DNA of 63,967 nucleotides, the filler included, from Conidiobolus incongruus B7586 (Eukaryota), in the NCBI GenBank assembly GCA_000697335.1. It is 11 parts of 11 records of this genome, joined end to end, with 100 filler letters (N's around TTAATTAATTAA, not from the genome) between each part and the next. Parts side by side here need not be neighbours in the genome. Positions count along the whole stretch, not along the records: positions 14,527 to 28,354 come from JNEM01007341.1; positions 28,455 to 33,132 come from JNEM01007342.1; positions 33,233 to 42,427 come from JNEM01007343.1; 8 more parts are not named here. One strand, written 5' to 3'. The position numbers and the translations under genes were made by a program. The notes beneath the pieces are model-generated. The model made no database searches. It was not told where the DNA came from and saw only the letters and a program-made list of their open reading frames with translations. Positions within the stretch are counted from its first letter, which is position 1. The number at the start of each line of letters is the position of its first letter. This document shows positions 27,604 through 41,780 of this stretch, piece by piece.

Positions 27604-28354
27604 TATTTTGAATTTGAAATAATGGGAATTTTTTTAATATTTTATTTTTCAAACATATTATTATTTTTAAATAAACAAATATATATAAAATAAATAAGAA
27701 ATTATATATTTTTAAATTATATATTATGATTTTTTTATTTAAATAATTAATTTTTTAAAGTTGATTAATTAATTTAATTATGTTTAAATTAAATAATAAG
27801 CACCAAAAGTCTTTTATTTTAATATCAATAAAACCTAATCATAAATCCTCTAAAATTATTTGAAATTTATAAATAACTTTTGACAATAAAGCATTATTTA
27901 AATTTGTAAGCATAGTGGTAGTTAAACCAATATAATATAGATGAAGATTTAATACAAAAATAATATGGTATATAATATGGCAAGGTAATATAGGATGTAG
28001 TATATAAATATAAATAAAGCTTAATTAAGCTTTAAGTTGAGATGAATCACCAATATATTAAGATTTATATTAGGTAGTGTCAATATACTATAATATTGAT
28101 AAAATATAGTTTTAATCTTAAGAATAATGTAAAAGACAAAAAATAATAAAAATTGAGAGAAAAAAGAGAAACCTTGTTTATTAGATAATTCAATATTATT
28201 TATATAATTAATTTAGCTATAAAGGTATAAATTAACTATATAATTTATAATTAATAAAATTATATAGAAATATACATAGGAATTTAAAGAACTAGTCTTT
28301 TAACAAAATCAATTATTTATTAATAAGTAAATTATTTTAAGGTTAGAAAAAACT
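27604..28354 (+). mobile_element. Mariner family copy, 5' part, interrupted by solo LTR B and truncated by a gap
   Basis: TIR-like atttgaaataatgggaatttttt. ATG at ~27780 (MFKLNNKHQKSFIL...). The transposase resumes after 28305. Confidence 0.8.
27905..28305. repeat. Solo LTR, family B (401 bp)
   Basis: TGTAAG...TTAACA termini and 5-bp TSD AAATT/AAATC (one C>T). Confidence 0.88.
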
Positions 28355-28454
28355 NNNNNNNNNNNNNNNNNNNNNNNNNNNNNNNNNNNNNNNNNNNNTT
28401 AATTAATTAANNNNNNNNNNNNNNNNNNNNNNNNNNNNNNNNNNNNNNNNNNNN

Positions 28455-28969
28455 TAGAATAATATTTTTGATTATATTATAGCTTTTATTACCATATAAC
28501 TTAAAAATAACAAAATAATAATTATAAAGTAATTTTTTTAACTTTTTAATTATAATTTAATTAAATATCTTTAAAATTAATTAATTAAAGTTATTAAAGA
28601 TTTACTTTTAATAAATGATTTAAATTAATTTTAAAAAAATCTTTAAGAAGTATAAAAAAAATTAAACTTATTTAATATAAAAAGCAAATTGGTTATATAT
28701 TTTATAAACTAAAAAAATTAAAATAACTAAAGATAATACTTTAAGTTTTAATTATTTTTATCACCAAAAACCTATAAATATATAGTTTAATTTAAGCAAA
28801 AATTAAGAGTTAATATCTTAACCAGTTAATAACTAAATTTAATTATTTAATTATTTATTATATAAATAAATATATATAATTTTAATTATTTAATTTGGGT
28901 TTATTTTATTTGGTATTAATTAAATTATTAGTAAAAATATTAATGTTTTTGATTTTATAACTAACTTTT
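28455..28969 (+). mobile_element. Tc1 family copy, 3' part
   Basis: Collinear with 43570-44090. Its right TIR (gattttataactaactttt) is cut by the LTR starting at 28970. Confidence 0.8.
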
Positions 28970-31900
28970 TGTTAAGCCCTCTAAGTAATGTTTTTTTATT
29001 TAGCTTAGGTAATATATTATAGTATTCACTTATTTTATTAACAAGATATACTATATAAGTAAGTGTTAATGTTTTATAAATAAACTACAAGTTTAATCTA
29101 ATAGTAAACCCAAATAGTTTCTTAGTTAGTATTATCACATAAAGTATAATTTAAGGTAATATATAAAAAAATAGATTTTCCAAATAGAATAGCATTTGTC
29201 ACTTCTTCTTACTTAAGTAAAGATAGTAAAAGCTAGCTTTATATTGTTTAATTAATCTTAATTTGTTATTTAATAAATTATCTATTTGGTTATTATATTA
29301 GATGTTTTACTCTTTGATGTTTTTTTAAACAAAAGGGTAATTTATAATATTGATGATATTGATTATAATGGTAGCTAAATCTTTACTGAAACTTATTTAT
29401 TTTATCAAAAATAAGTTATTATTGATAATTAACAACAAAGTATAAATTATTAATATAAAATCAATTGTTTATAATTTAAAAAAAAATAAGTTAATTAATT
29501 TAATTAATAATACCTTAAAAGATTACTAATATAATATTTTAAATTGCAATATTATCCCCCTTTAGGTGAATTCTTACCCTTGATTTTTTAACAAAAACTT
29601 ACTAATTAATTCTAAAGCATTAATATGCTATAATTTAATCTATTAATATTTTAATATTTGGTATCTTTTCTAATAAACTAAATAATATTCTTCTCTATAT
29701 TTAATTCTTTTGTTTAGAATTTTTTTATCTTATAAATATTATTAGTACTAATTATAAGTCTAAAAGCTTGATTATTATTACTTTTGATTTTCTTATTGGT
29801 GATTTTAAGTTAGGATAAATAAAAAATATTATGAATCTTTATGCTTTTATGTAGTTTAACTTTATAAATAATATTATTAATTTTTTTATTATTGGGAATA
29901 GTTTTAAAAACTAAATATCTAATTTCTTACTTAGTTTTATTAAACACAAATTTTAAGTACTAATATAAACTTTCTTGTTATTTAAGTTTATATTAGTGTT
30001 CAATTATAACTTTTGGTCATAATATTTTTTATATTGTTTTTGAGCTTGTTGTAGATTCTTCATTATTTTAATATATAAAGAATTTATTAGTTTTTGATGA
30101 TTTTCTAATTCTAAAAATTTAATTGGTATATAGTTAGTAATAAATAAAAGATTATAGTTAGTATATACTTTAAACAGTGTTATTTTGATTAAACAATGAT
30201 ATAAATTATTATAAAAGAAATCTACTATTAATAATAGTTTTTTTAATTATTTTATCAATAAATATAGTAATGTCTCAAATATTATTTAAATATTTAGTTA
30301 ATTTTTGTAGTTTGTTTAATTGTTTAAGGTTGGTACTTAGAAGAAAAGTTTAGTTTAATATATAGTTATCTAGTAAAGTTACTCTAATATTTTAATATAA
30401 ACAATTTATCTTGATTATTGATAATATATGTTAGTAATCTAAATCTTTTAAAGTTATTATTAATAAAATTAACTATTAATTTAGAGGTGGTAATAATATT
30501 AATATATAGAATAAATTGTATTATTTTTGTTAAATAATTTATAATTACTAAAATTAAATTAAAGCCTTTAGATTTTAATAAATTAGTTTTAAAATCCATG
30601 GATATTTTTTTAAAAAATATTATAGGTATATCTAATATCTATAGACTTTTATTAATAATGATGTTAATAGATTTATTTATATTATATTCTATATATGAAT
30701 TAATATATTTAATAATATTTTTTCTTATTTTAGGCTATTTATAATAATAAGTTATTAATTCTAAAATCTTCTTGATTCTTCTTTATTCTGTAGTTAAGCT
30801 ATTATAACATTATTCTAAAATTATTTGTTTATTTTTATTTCTAAAAACTATAGTTAATTTATTTTATTTAACTAATTTATCTTTAAGTTTATATTTCTTA
30901 GATTTTTCTTTACTTATTAATTTTATTATATTTTAAGCTATTTTATACTTTAGAATTATTTTAGCTATTTTTCTTGAACTAAGTTTTTTTAAAGTATAAT
31001 TAAAGAGCATAACAGGTTTAAGATTAATAATTGCTTCTTGTTAATATTTTTAAACTCTTCTATAGAAATAAAATATTTAAGATTATAACTTAAACCATCA
31101 GCAATTAAATTTTTTGTTCCTGGTATATTAATATATTTTTTTTTAGTTATACTATATAATTTGTTTATTTTTATTTTAAGGAAAGGGATTTTTAATGGTT
31201 TTTATAATTCTTAAGATATTATAATTTATTTATTTTTAAGATTTAAATAAGTAGATAATTTGTTTAAAAATTTTATTCTAAGGATTATTAGTAATGATAA
31301 ATCAATAATATAAAATTATACAAGAATATTCTATCTTTAAATTAAAATGTTAACTTATTTAATGATTAGATTATCTTGATTATTTTTTCTTTTATTAATT
31401 ATAAGTACTTTATAATATTGTGTATTTTTTTCATTTGTAATTTATATCTTAATATGAGTTTTTTTAACTTATAGCAATATAAACCATTTTTATCAATTAT
31501 ATATTAAAGTTTTTTTACCTATTTTAATTGTAACAAATATATAAGTAATAGGTAGTATTATATAGTTTAAGATAGCTATTAATAGTTTTTGGTTATAATA
31601 ACTAAAATTTGTTTCTTGGTTTATTAAAGTGTTTTGTGTTGAGGTTAAATATTATTTATTTTGTTAATTTTAAAGGGATTTGTAATTTACTATCTAGTGT
31701 TTTAGTTTATTACAATTGAAACATAGATTTTCTCTTTGTTGTTAGGTAAATATTTTTTTGATATCTTAATTTTCCTTGTTTAATTAGTTAAGTTTTAATA
31801 GATTATTTATTTCTTAAGCTATAAGTTGGTAATTATAATTTGTCTTTAACTTTTATTATTAACAATATAGTCTTATATAATATATCTAAAAGTTGTTGAG

Positions 31901-33132
31901 TTTTCAATTCTTATCTTAAATTAAGCTATAAATTATCTACAAAATAAAAAATTTATGCTTTAAAGTTTAGAGTAAAGCTTTTTATTAAACCTATAAATTA
32001 GATATTAAATTTTTTTACAAGTTCTTGAATTTTTTATATGCATTGTTTAACTTATAGGTTAAGTTTGTTATGTTTGGTTTTATCACTAAAATATATATTA
32101 AAATATCTCTTAAATTTGTGAAAATTATTTAATACACTTAGTTTATTCTTTAATATTACTTTTACTTATTTATAAACTTTATTTATTAATAAATTTCTCA
32201 GAAGAATTATTTTTAAATAATATCCAATATAGTTATTTTGATTCTGATTAATATAGTTTTCTAATTATAATAAGAACTTATAGGTTTCCCTAATATTTCA
32301 ATTAAAATTAATGTTAAAACTATAATAATAATGAATAGCATAGGTTAATAATAGGTTAACAAAAGTAATTAGGTAATTTATATTATTAATTATTACTTAT
32401 AATAAGTTATTCATAGTTTTCTTTTTTTTAAAATATACTCTTATTGGTTATTTAATTATAGTTAATAATATAATTATAATAATTATTGCTATTATATAAT
32501 AATAGACTAAAATCTAGTAAAACATTGTTATAAAAGTAAAAGTTATTATTTCTACTCTTAGTTTTATATAAAATAAGTAAAATATACTGTTAAACCCTTT
32601 AAGTAATGTTTTTTTATTTAACTCAGGTAATATATTATAGTGTTCGCTTATTTTATTAATATATATATTATATAAGTAAGTGTTAATATTTTATAAGTAA
32701 ATTACAGGTTTAATTTAATGGTAAACCTAAATTGTTTTTTAGTCAGTATTATTACATATAGTATAATCTAAGGTAATACATAAAAAAATAGATTTCCAAA
32801 CAGAGCAATATTTGTTTCTTCTTTTAACTTAAGTAAAGATAGTAAAAACTAGCTCTATATTATTTAATCAATCTTAATTTATTATTTAACAAACTATTTA
32901 TTTGGTTATTATATTAGATGTTTTACTCCCTGATATTCTTTTAAGCATAAAAATAATTTATAATATTATTGATATTGATTATAATAGTAGTTAAGTTTTT
33001 ACTAAGACTTATTTGTCTTATCAAAAATAAAGTGTTATTGATAATTAACAATAGAGTATAAATCATTAATACAAAATCAATTATTTGTAACTTAAAATAA
33101 ATAATCTAATTAGCTTAATTAATAATATCTTA
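28970..33132 (-). mobile_element. Ty3/gypsy chromovirus 'C', degenerate and internally deleted
   Basis: LTRs at 28970-29551 and 32588-33132+ (cut by a gap). PPT AAAGGGGGATAA next to the 3' LTR. Gag knuckle LCFNCNKLKH*IVNY at ~31700, RNase H end IPGTKNLIADGLS at ~31100, integrase MDFKTNLLKSKGFNLILVIINYLTK at 30599, chromodomain YKIKKILNKRIKYREEYYLVY*KRY at ~29700. Confidence 0.88.
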
Positions 33133-34771
33133 NNNNNNNNNNNNNNNNNNNNNNNNNNNNNNNNNNNNNNNNNNNNTTAATTAATTAANNNNNNNNNNNN
33201 NNNNNNNNNNNNNNNNNNNNNNNNNNNNNNNNAATTTTAATTTAATTTGATTTTAAATAATTATGAAATAAATTATATATTTTTTATAAATTAAATAATA
33301 CTATGAAAGATATTTTAATATTATAAAATTTACTATAATTATATTAATAGAAATAGCAATTTATTATTTTAAAATAAATTTAATATGATATATATATTGA
33401 TAATAAGTTGTTTCTTGGTATTAAAGATTTAAGTAAAAGTTGAATATTATGCCTGCTGGATATATTAAGAAGTAGGGATAAGTATTAATAAAATAAAATG
33501 CTTATAAATCACAAATATCTATAATGTCTTTAATTAAGAATTACAAAGATTTGATATTATTTTAGTTCTTGATATAATCACTAGTTGATAAGTAATAACT
33601 TAAAGATTTAAGTAATCTAATAAATTTGTGATAGAAAAAGATATCTTTATTATGATGGTAATAACTAAAGTTATATATCCATGGTAATTTATAGATTATA
33701 ACTCACCTTCTAAGGGGTTAAAGTTCATCAATATTAAGATAACAACTATAGATGACAAGTGAGGCTTTGTTATATATAAGTGAATTAAAATGGATGTTAA
33801 TATCTAATTACATTATAGAAATAGCTTAACTATCAGAATATTTGCTGGTAATAATATCTTAGGGTATTTTTAGTCTTGACCTAAAACCTACAATTAAGTT
33901 GAATAATAAGTAGATTATAAAATTTCCATAGTAAACTTAAAATAAAGATTAAGATATTTGGATATATTAACTATTAGTATAAGGTAAAAGTAGATAATAG
34001 TTATATGATGTTAATAGGAAACTTATAGATTTTGCTAGGAAACTCAAATTATAAAGCTTAAGATAATAATAGATAGTAGATTAAGGTTATCTAAGGTTTA
34101 TGTAAATTGCTTGCTTTAATATTAGATTCTTAATAAGCACAGATCTGATTTTAATTAACTTATTTACCATACTCACCAGGGAATACTACTTTATAAGCTT
34201 TTTTTATTAGAGTTTTTTATTATATAACCTAAAGTCTTCTAGGTAATAACTTAGATTAATTCTTTTAAACCTTGTTAGGGTTAGCTAATATTACTAATTA
34301 ATCTCTTTTAAACTTTTCTTTTAAAAGTTTAGGATATTGTTTTAGCTCTTGTTTTTCAAAAAAAGAGATATTAATATAGTAAAGATTCTCTAGCTTTTTA
34401 ACTTTAGTGTAATGTTTTTCAACTAATATAAGTTCTAATTATAATAATAAGAGTTCCCTAAGTATAATGCTAAATATTAAATAAAAAGATATATATACTA
34501 TGATAGAATATATTTTAGAATAATAATTCTAAATTACCCAAGGGATTTTTCTATCCTAAGAAAACTTAGTTTTTTTATATTGTTTAGAAAGAGATTCAAT
34601 TAGTGTTTGATTAAACCTTTTTACTTTATTATTGGTTTAAGTATAGTAAGTTGTTGTTGTAATATGATGTACTGTTAAAATGTTTTGTAATTGCTTGAAA
34701 TCTTTTATAAAAGAAAAACCATTATCAATTATTACTTCTTTTAAAAGACTATAAATATTGATTACCTTATA

Positions 34772-35636
34772 CACTAACCCACAAAAGTGAGTCATAAAAT
34801 CAAAAACACCTATATTTTTACTAATAACTTGATTAATATTTAATAAAATAAACTTAAATTAAATAATTAAAATCTATTATATTTATTAGTTATATATATC
34901 ATTAAATGATGATATTTAGCTATTAATTGGCTAAAATATAAACCTTTAAATTTTACCTAAGGTGAGTTATAAATTTGCAGGTTTTTGGTGATAAAAAAAA
35001 ATTAATACCTAATGTATCTACCTTTAGCTTTTCTAACTTCTTTAAGTTTGTGGGGTATAGAATCAACTAACTTCTTACACTAAGAAGGGTTAATCTTGTT
35101 CTATACTTCTTGAACATATTCCTAAAGTTGATCTAAATTTTTTACTCACTTAAGTTTAGGTTTAAATGTTTTTTTATTGCTATTCTTAACAGCTTTAACT
35201 ATAGTAGACTAGCTAACACTAGTAATTCTAGCAATATTATGAGTTGATTTACCTTCTTTATAAAGTTAATTAATGTACAAGTGGATTTTTTTAGAGAGGG
35301 ATTTAAGCATAATAATACTAATAAAAAGAATTTAGTATATCTGTAAAATATTATATAAAATAATAACAAAGAGAGAAAAAAGATATGGTTATATATTGTT
35401 AAATATATCCCCTTATCTCAAAAACCTGTAAATTTATAACTTATCTTGGTTAAATATTAAGGGTTAATATTTTTGCTAATAGTTTACTAAATATATCTAA
35501 ATATATTTATTTATTATTAAATAATATACCTTAATTATATATTATAGTTTCAAGTAATCTAATATATACAATTGTTTTAGTTATTAATTAAAATATATAT
35601 ATTTTTGATTTTATGACTCACTTTTGCAGGTTAGTA
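34772..35636 (-). mobile_element. Internally deleted Tc1 family element (865 bp) inserted in the gypsy A integrase
   Basis: TIRs cactaacccacaaaagtgagtcataaaatcaaaaa and tttttgattttatgactcacttttgcaggttagta, with TA TSD. About 710 bp is deleted at ~35148 relative to 46363-47937. Confidence 0.93.
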
Positions 35637-36544
35637 TAGTAAAAAAGTTTTATAATAATTAATACTATGTATTCTTTAGTTAGGATTACAATTATCTATT
35701 GGGTTATACTTTTAACCATTACTAGAATATATTTATATCCTTTTCTGGTTGGTTTAAAAGGGTTAATATAGTTTAAATATTAGTGTTTAAAAATTTAATT
35801 AGGAGGTTCTATAATTTATATAGGTTTTTTAGGGTATAGTGTTTAAATTATTAGTAAACTTTACATATTTAGATAAAATTCTTTAGTTAAGTAGCTTGTT
35901 TAAGCTACTAGTAATAAGGTTGAAGTTTCTTATAAGTAACTTTATAATTATAATGCTTATCTTCTAAATAAATGATTTCTATCTTCTTTTTCTTTTCAGA
36001 AATCTTAGGGATAATTCTATATAGTTAACTATTAGGTTAATGTTGATTAAAAACTAATTGCTTATTTTAGATAGAATAGTTTATAGCTACCCTATATTCA
36101 ACTTGGGTTCTATTATACTCAAGGTGTTTTATAAAGAATTGTTAATAATTAAATACTTTCTCTAAATAAGGTTTATATTTTTTTATTTAAAATTGGGTAC
36201 CTCTTATAGATTAGGTTAAATATAAGTTTATTTTAATTTTATTAAAAAAGTCAGCATTAGTGTGTTTTTTCCCTTTTTTATATATTATAATATAATTATA
36301 AACTAAGAGCTTTATTATCTAATAAACTTATTAGGGGGAGGGGTTAAAACTTACCAGGAAAGATTTAGCTGGTTGGTAATTTATGATGATATAAAATACT
36401 TAGCCCACTAGATAATAATGGAAATATTGAATAGCAAGGACAATAGTTAAATTTTCCCTTATAATAATATTATATTTCTTTTTGGTTGGTGAGAATTGTT
36501 TTACCTAGTATCTCATAAGATATTCTTTATGATTATTATTATTA

Positions 36545-37829
36545 CTCTGTATTTTTAATAATGGGAATTTTTTGCAATTAAAAATAAATAAACATTTGAA
36601 TATATGATATATAAAAATAAATATATAATATAAATTTAATAGTTTCTTTTATTATTAATAAATTTTTGCTATACTTTTAGCAAACTTCTAACACCTAAAA
36701 AACAATTCTTTTTATTAAAGACTGAAATTTGATGTTTCACAAACCAATTAAATTTTCCTGTAGAAATTTTGTTTCCTGCAAGCTGGTTTTTTAATTGCCT
36801 AAAGCAATTATAATCACATAGGTTATAATCAAAAGAATATACTGGATGTGGTAGTTTTTTCCAGTTATTTTTAATTAGAAAGTTTTTTACAGCTTTAGAT
36901 TTATGTATTTTGCAATTATCATGCAAAATAATAGGTCTTCTTAAATTATATTGAGAACACCAATTAGAATTACTTTTATTTAAAAAAGCAATATATAGTT
37001 TACTATTAATTGATTTTCCTTTAGGAACTAAATAAGAATACCATATATTATTATAATCTATTACAATAATTAACATTCACTTATTAACAAAGTGCTTATT
37101 TAAAGGGATTTGTGGAGGGGGTTGATTTAACTTAATCTAGCATCTTGATTTGTGTTTTAATAAAGGATTATACATAGGGATCTAAGATTCATCAATTACA
37201 ATTATTTGTTATAAAAGTCTAGGCTTCTAGTAATATTTCAATAGGTTTTGTTTAGCAATAGCTACTCTAGCTTTTTTTTAAGCTTTAGTTAAATTATAAG
37301 GTACCTATTTTATATTATTATTTATTAATTTTAGTTTAAACTTTAAAATATATAAAATACTTGTAAGACTAATATTAAAATGCTTAGATAATTCTCTAGC
37401 TGAAATAAAAAGGTGCTTTTCAATATATTTTTTCACTCTATTTACAATTGAAAGAATGATAGTTGAAGTTAGTCTTTTAGATTTTAGCAGGTTTTGAATA
37501 GTTTCTTTCCTAGCCTTAAAGTAATTTACCCAGCAATAAATTGTTGATTTAGATAATGCTTCATTACCAAAAGCTGCTTGTAAATTTTAAATAATTTTAG
37601 AGGGTTTATGGTTAAGTTTTACTGATACCAAAATAAAAGACTTTTGATGATCACTATTTGGTTTAAGCATGATTAAATTAAACAACCAATTTTAAAAAGT
37701 TATTTTTTTAATCAAAAAAACTAATATATATAATTTCCTATTAACTTTGTATATATTTATTTATTTCAAACTAATAATATATTTGAAAAATCAGAAATTA
37801 AAAAATTTCCCATTATTTCAAATACAAGG
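36545..37829 (-). mobile_element. Full-length mariner (DD34D) element, 1285 bp, inserted in the gypsy A RNase H
   Basis: Imperfect TIRs of ~28 bp (ctctgtatttttaataatgggaattttt versus ccttgtatttgaaataatgggaaatttt), TA TSD, and a single transposase frame. Confidence 0.93.
36636..37670 (-). pseudogene. Mariner transposase pseudogene (345 codons with internal stops)
   Basis: MLKPNSDHQKSFIL...AFGNEALSKSTIYCWVNYFKAR, K*VPYNL (WVPHxL), IVIDES*I, HDNCKIH-(34 aa)-CDY, YSFDYNLCDY (YSPDLAPxDY), ending NKRNY*. Contains the ORF 36669-37076. Confidence 0.9.
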
Positions 37830-40800
37830 TAATATATTAACTTAAAATAGCTCCCACTATATAGTTTAAAACATCTGTAGCTAGAATAAATAGATAGTTA
37901 AATCTTAAGGTATGTAATATTAAGTAAGAGATAAGTCTCTTTTTTAATCTATTATAAGCTTTATTATATTTTAATATTTAAACATAAGGGATATTTTTCT
38001 TAGTTAATTTAGTTAGAAGATAAGCTATATAAGAATAACCCCTTATAAAACCTTTATAGTAACTAATAGCTTTTAAAAAAAATAAAGCCTTGTTATATTA
38101 GTTAAGGGATTTAAAGCTTTAATCTTCTTAGTGTTAGATTTATTAGGTGTAATTATATCTTTAGATATGTAATAACCTAGGTATTTAATTTGATTAAAAT
38201 TAAAACTATATTTCTTTATATTAATATGTAATTTATATTGTTAAAATATTATAAACATTTTTTCTAAATATGTTAAGTGTTGCTCAACTATTTCTAAGAA
38301 GATAAAGATATCATTTAAATAGATAAATACAAAATACTTAATATACTTATAAAAGATGTTATTTATAAATTGTTAGATGAATTCTAGGGTATTAACCAAG
38401 CTAAATAGGAGTTAGTTATATTAATATCAACCTTGTACAGTATTAAAAGTAGTTTTATGTCTATCCTTTTTCTTTACCTTAATTTAATAATAGCTTAAGA
38501 AAGGATTAAAAAATAAGAAAATAACTTTTTGTTATAATGAATCCAACAAATCTTAAACTAATAGTAGAGGATAAAGGTTTTTAACAGTAATCTTATTAAT
38601 TAAGGTAAATTTCACATATATTCTCACTTTTCTATTTTTCTTAAGTATAATAACTATTTTAAAATTTTATTGAGAGTTAGTATCTTTAATGATTTTCCCT
38701 TTAAAAAGTTTTTCCATCTTTTTTTTTACTTTACCTTGTTAAAAAACTAAGATTCTAAAAGTTCTTTAGTTCATTAGAGTATGTGCATCAATAACTAGTG
38801 GAATAAAGAATTCAATAGTATTTATACCAGGGAGTTTATAGAGTAAGAATACTATTAAATTAATGAAATGATATAGTAATATTATTATTTTCTTTGTATT
38901 AGAATTTGAAAAGATATTGTATTTTAATTTTTTAAGCTCTTTTTCTTCTTTAAAAGAATAACCTCTTTTTATAGGTATTATTGAATAAAAGGTTAATAAG
39001 GGATCAATCTTAATTTTATTATTTTGGTGTCTTTTTTAATTAATAATGACCTAAAAGAATTAAGGTTCATTGTTTTAAAAAACAACAATAGTACCAGTAG
39101 CCTAATTAGTTAAGATTTTCCCTTTTGTAATAATAGATAACCTAGCAAAATATGAATAATTGGTGAATTAATAACCTAGAAATTTGCTTTAAAGGGAATA
39201 TTTTCAATGTTAAATATAAGAATATTAGTTCTACCTTTGGTTTTTATTTCTTGGTGAGTTATTGTTTGATAACCCATTGTGAGATTTTTGTAATAAGGTA
39301 TTTCTAATGCTTCTGCTATATTCTTAAAAATTATGTTTATATTAACTCTACAATCAATAAAAGTTTTTGAATCAACCTTTTTTAACTAAATGTGAATTTT
39401 AAAATAAAACTTAAGATCTACCTCTAGTAGGTGTTAATCTAGCTAGAAGATTGTTCCTATAATTTTAGCTCAGGGAAACAAAATATAATATGCTCTAATA
39501 ATAGCAAGCTTAGTGCTTGTTGGGATAGTTTTAAATTTATTGGTGGTGTTTATAATTAAAAGAATAAGGTGTTCAATACTCTCTATAAAGGTTTTAGCTA
39601 ATACTTTAATTTTAACATAATTTTTTTCTTCTTTTGTATTAAGGATAATATTAAAATGGATATCATCAAGAAGTTCCATTTTAATTTTAATCACTATTCT
39701 CTAAAACTCATTAGGGAGAAATAATATATTAATGTTAGTAGATTATTCCCACTTACTTTTTTAAATGTTACTAGGTTATTAATAGATAAGGAGGTATAAT
39801 ACTGATGAGTTGCTTTAATATTAGTTGTTTGATTTATTTATTTAATAAGATAACTAGCTCTTTGTTACTTTTAATTAAAACCTAGCTAATAATTTAATGT
39901 TTTATAGATATCAATTAGAAATTTTGTCTCTATAACCTTTTAAGTAACTTCCTTAAGGATTTACCTTATAAAGAAAAGTTTTTTATGTTTACCCTTCTTT
40001 TTATTATATATAATGTTGTTTAGGTAGGGTTTCTTTTTAGTTTTGTTTAACTATATTGAATTTTCATTATATAGCCATTATCTCTTAACTCCCACTATTA
40101 ACTCTAATAAGTTAAATATTGCTGTTTAAGTTGGTGAAGTGTTTTGTTAAACTGTTAGTGATGAATCTTATTGCTTTACTCTTAGGGATAGATTAAGGGT
40201 TTTTAAAACATTTTGTTAGATTTTTTCTCTAAGTCTAGTATTTCCCTGATTTAAAAATATTAGATGATATTCCTTTTACTTTAAAGATACCTTAGGTATT
40301 TCAACAGATTGCTTGTAATCTAATGAAATTTGAGAGTTAGGAGGATTTGAGTCTATCTCCATAAAAACTAGTTTAGTAAAGATTATAGTTTGTTAAATAG
40401 CTGATATTTTTACTTTAGCAATTTTTTTAACTATATCTTTCCTACTATTCTAAACTTAATAATCCTAGGGGCTTTATAAACAATACTCTTTTTTTTCAGG
40501 GGTTGTCTTTTCTAGACAATTAATAGTTGTCTAATATTCATAAAATCTGCTGCTAGGTATTCTAACTCTTTTTTTTCTATTTTCTCTAAAATCTAAACAA
40601 ACTTCATATATACTTTAGGGTTTATAGTGCTATCTAGAGTCTCTAATGGGAGAGTGCTATCTAATAATTATTTACTTTCTAAACCATCTTTAGTAACTAG
40701 TTTTTCTGTCTTAATTCTTTGATTAAAAAGTAAAGGGAGAATTGAGGTTAATAGAGAAATCTAGCTGGTTGTAAGGTGTTGTTGATTTCTATCACCTTTA

Positions 40801-41762
40801 TTTTTCCTATAAGATCCTTTTACTGATTCTATTAGAGAGGCTTGTTAAACTTGATAGTTAACTTCTTTAACTATTGTTTTATAATTTACTTCAGCTTTTT
40901 TTGTTACCACTAATATCTTATAATTAGAGAGGGTATTCAAGGGTACTTTTTAGATAATTAGCATACTTATCACTTGGTGTTTAATTTTATCTAAGAATTT
41001 ATCTTTTAAAGGAATATAAGATAGATATTTAATTTATTATGTTATTTTTAATAAGCAGTTATAAAATTCCTTTATATTTTTGTTATTCTATTAAATTACT
41101 TTAATATAGTAGTTTAGTAATATTTCTTGGTAGTTAGTGTTAAAGCATTAGTTTACAATTTGGGTGGAAAACTATTTTTAAGTTACTTGTAGATTTCAAC
41201 AAATCTATTTTTCAATGGAGTTTTGCTGGTGGGTTAAGAGTCTAAATATAACTTCTAATATAACATTGTATATTAGGGTTATTATATTATAAACTACTTG
41301 ACTAATATTAGCTAACTAGTTTTTTTATTCCTTAACATCTATTAGGAACTTCTTTAGTTTATTAGTTTAAGGGTTAACATTACAAATAACCTAATGATTC
41401 TTATTTACTAAGTGCTATAAGTTTATATAAACTTTTTGAGGGTTTCTTATAGGGGTTAGATTTTAAAGGAATAAAAGGAGGGCTTTAATATTTACTTTAT
41501 AGTTTGGTTACTCTCTTTAGTTACTAAAAGCTCTATTACTTTTATTCTCTATAAACATTTTAACTATACTTTAATTATAAGCTAGGAATATAAGAGATGA
41601 AAGTTGTTCTTAGAAAAGTCTAGTGAAATTTTCACAAAATTAGTTTGCTATAATCACTTTGATTAATTCTTCACTAATTAAAGAGGATAGGGATTCTAAT
41701 GCTGACACTAGTTTAGCTACTGTAAATTGATTTAGATTTAAGTTTTAGGGTAATTTTATTAT

Positions 41763-41780
41763 ATCTTATAGGTATCACCA
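41763..41780 (-). other. Primer-binding site of gypsy A
   Basis: TGGTGATACCTATAAGAT begins 1 nt after the 5' LTR end. TGG is complementary to the tRNA CCA. Confidence 0.6.

Noticed and set aside
30384..39694. ORFs 30384-30599 and 39470-39694 as independent genes
   Set aside because: They are stop-free remnants of gypsy C integrase and gypsy A gag-pol.
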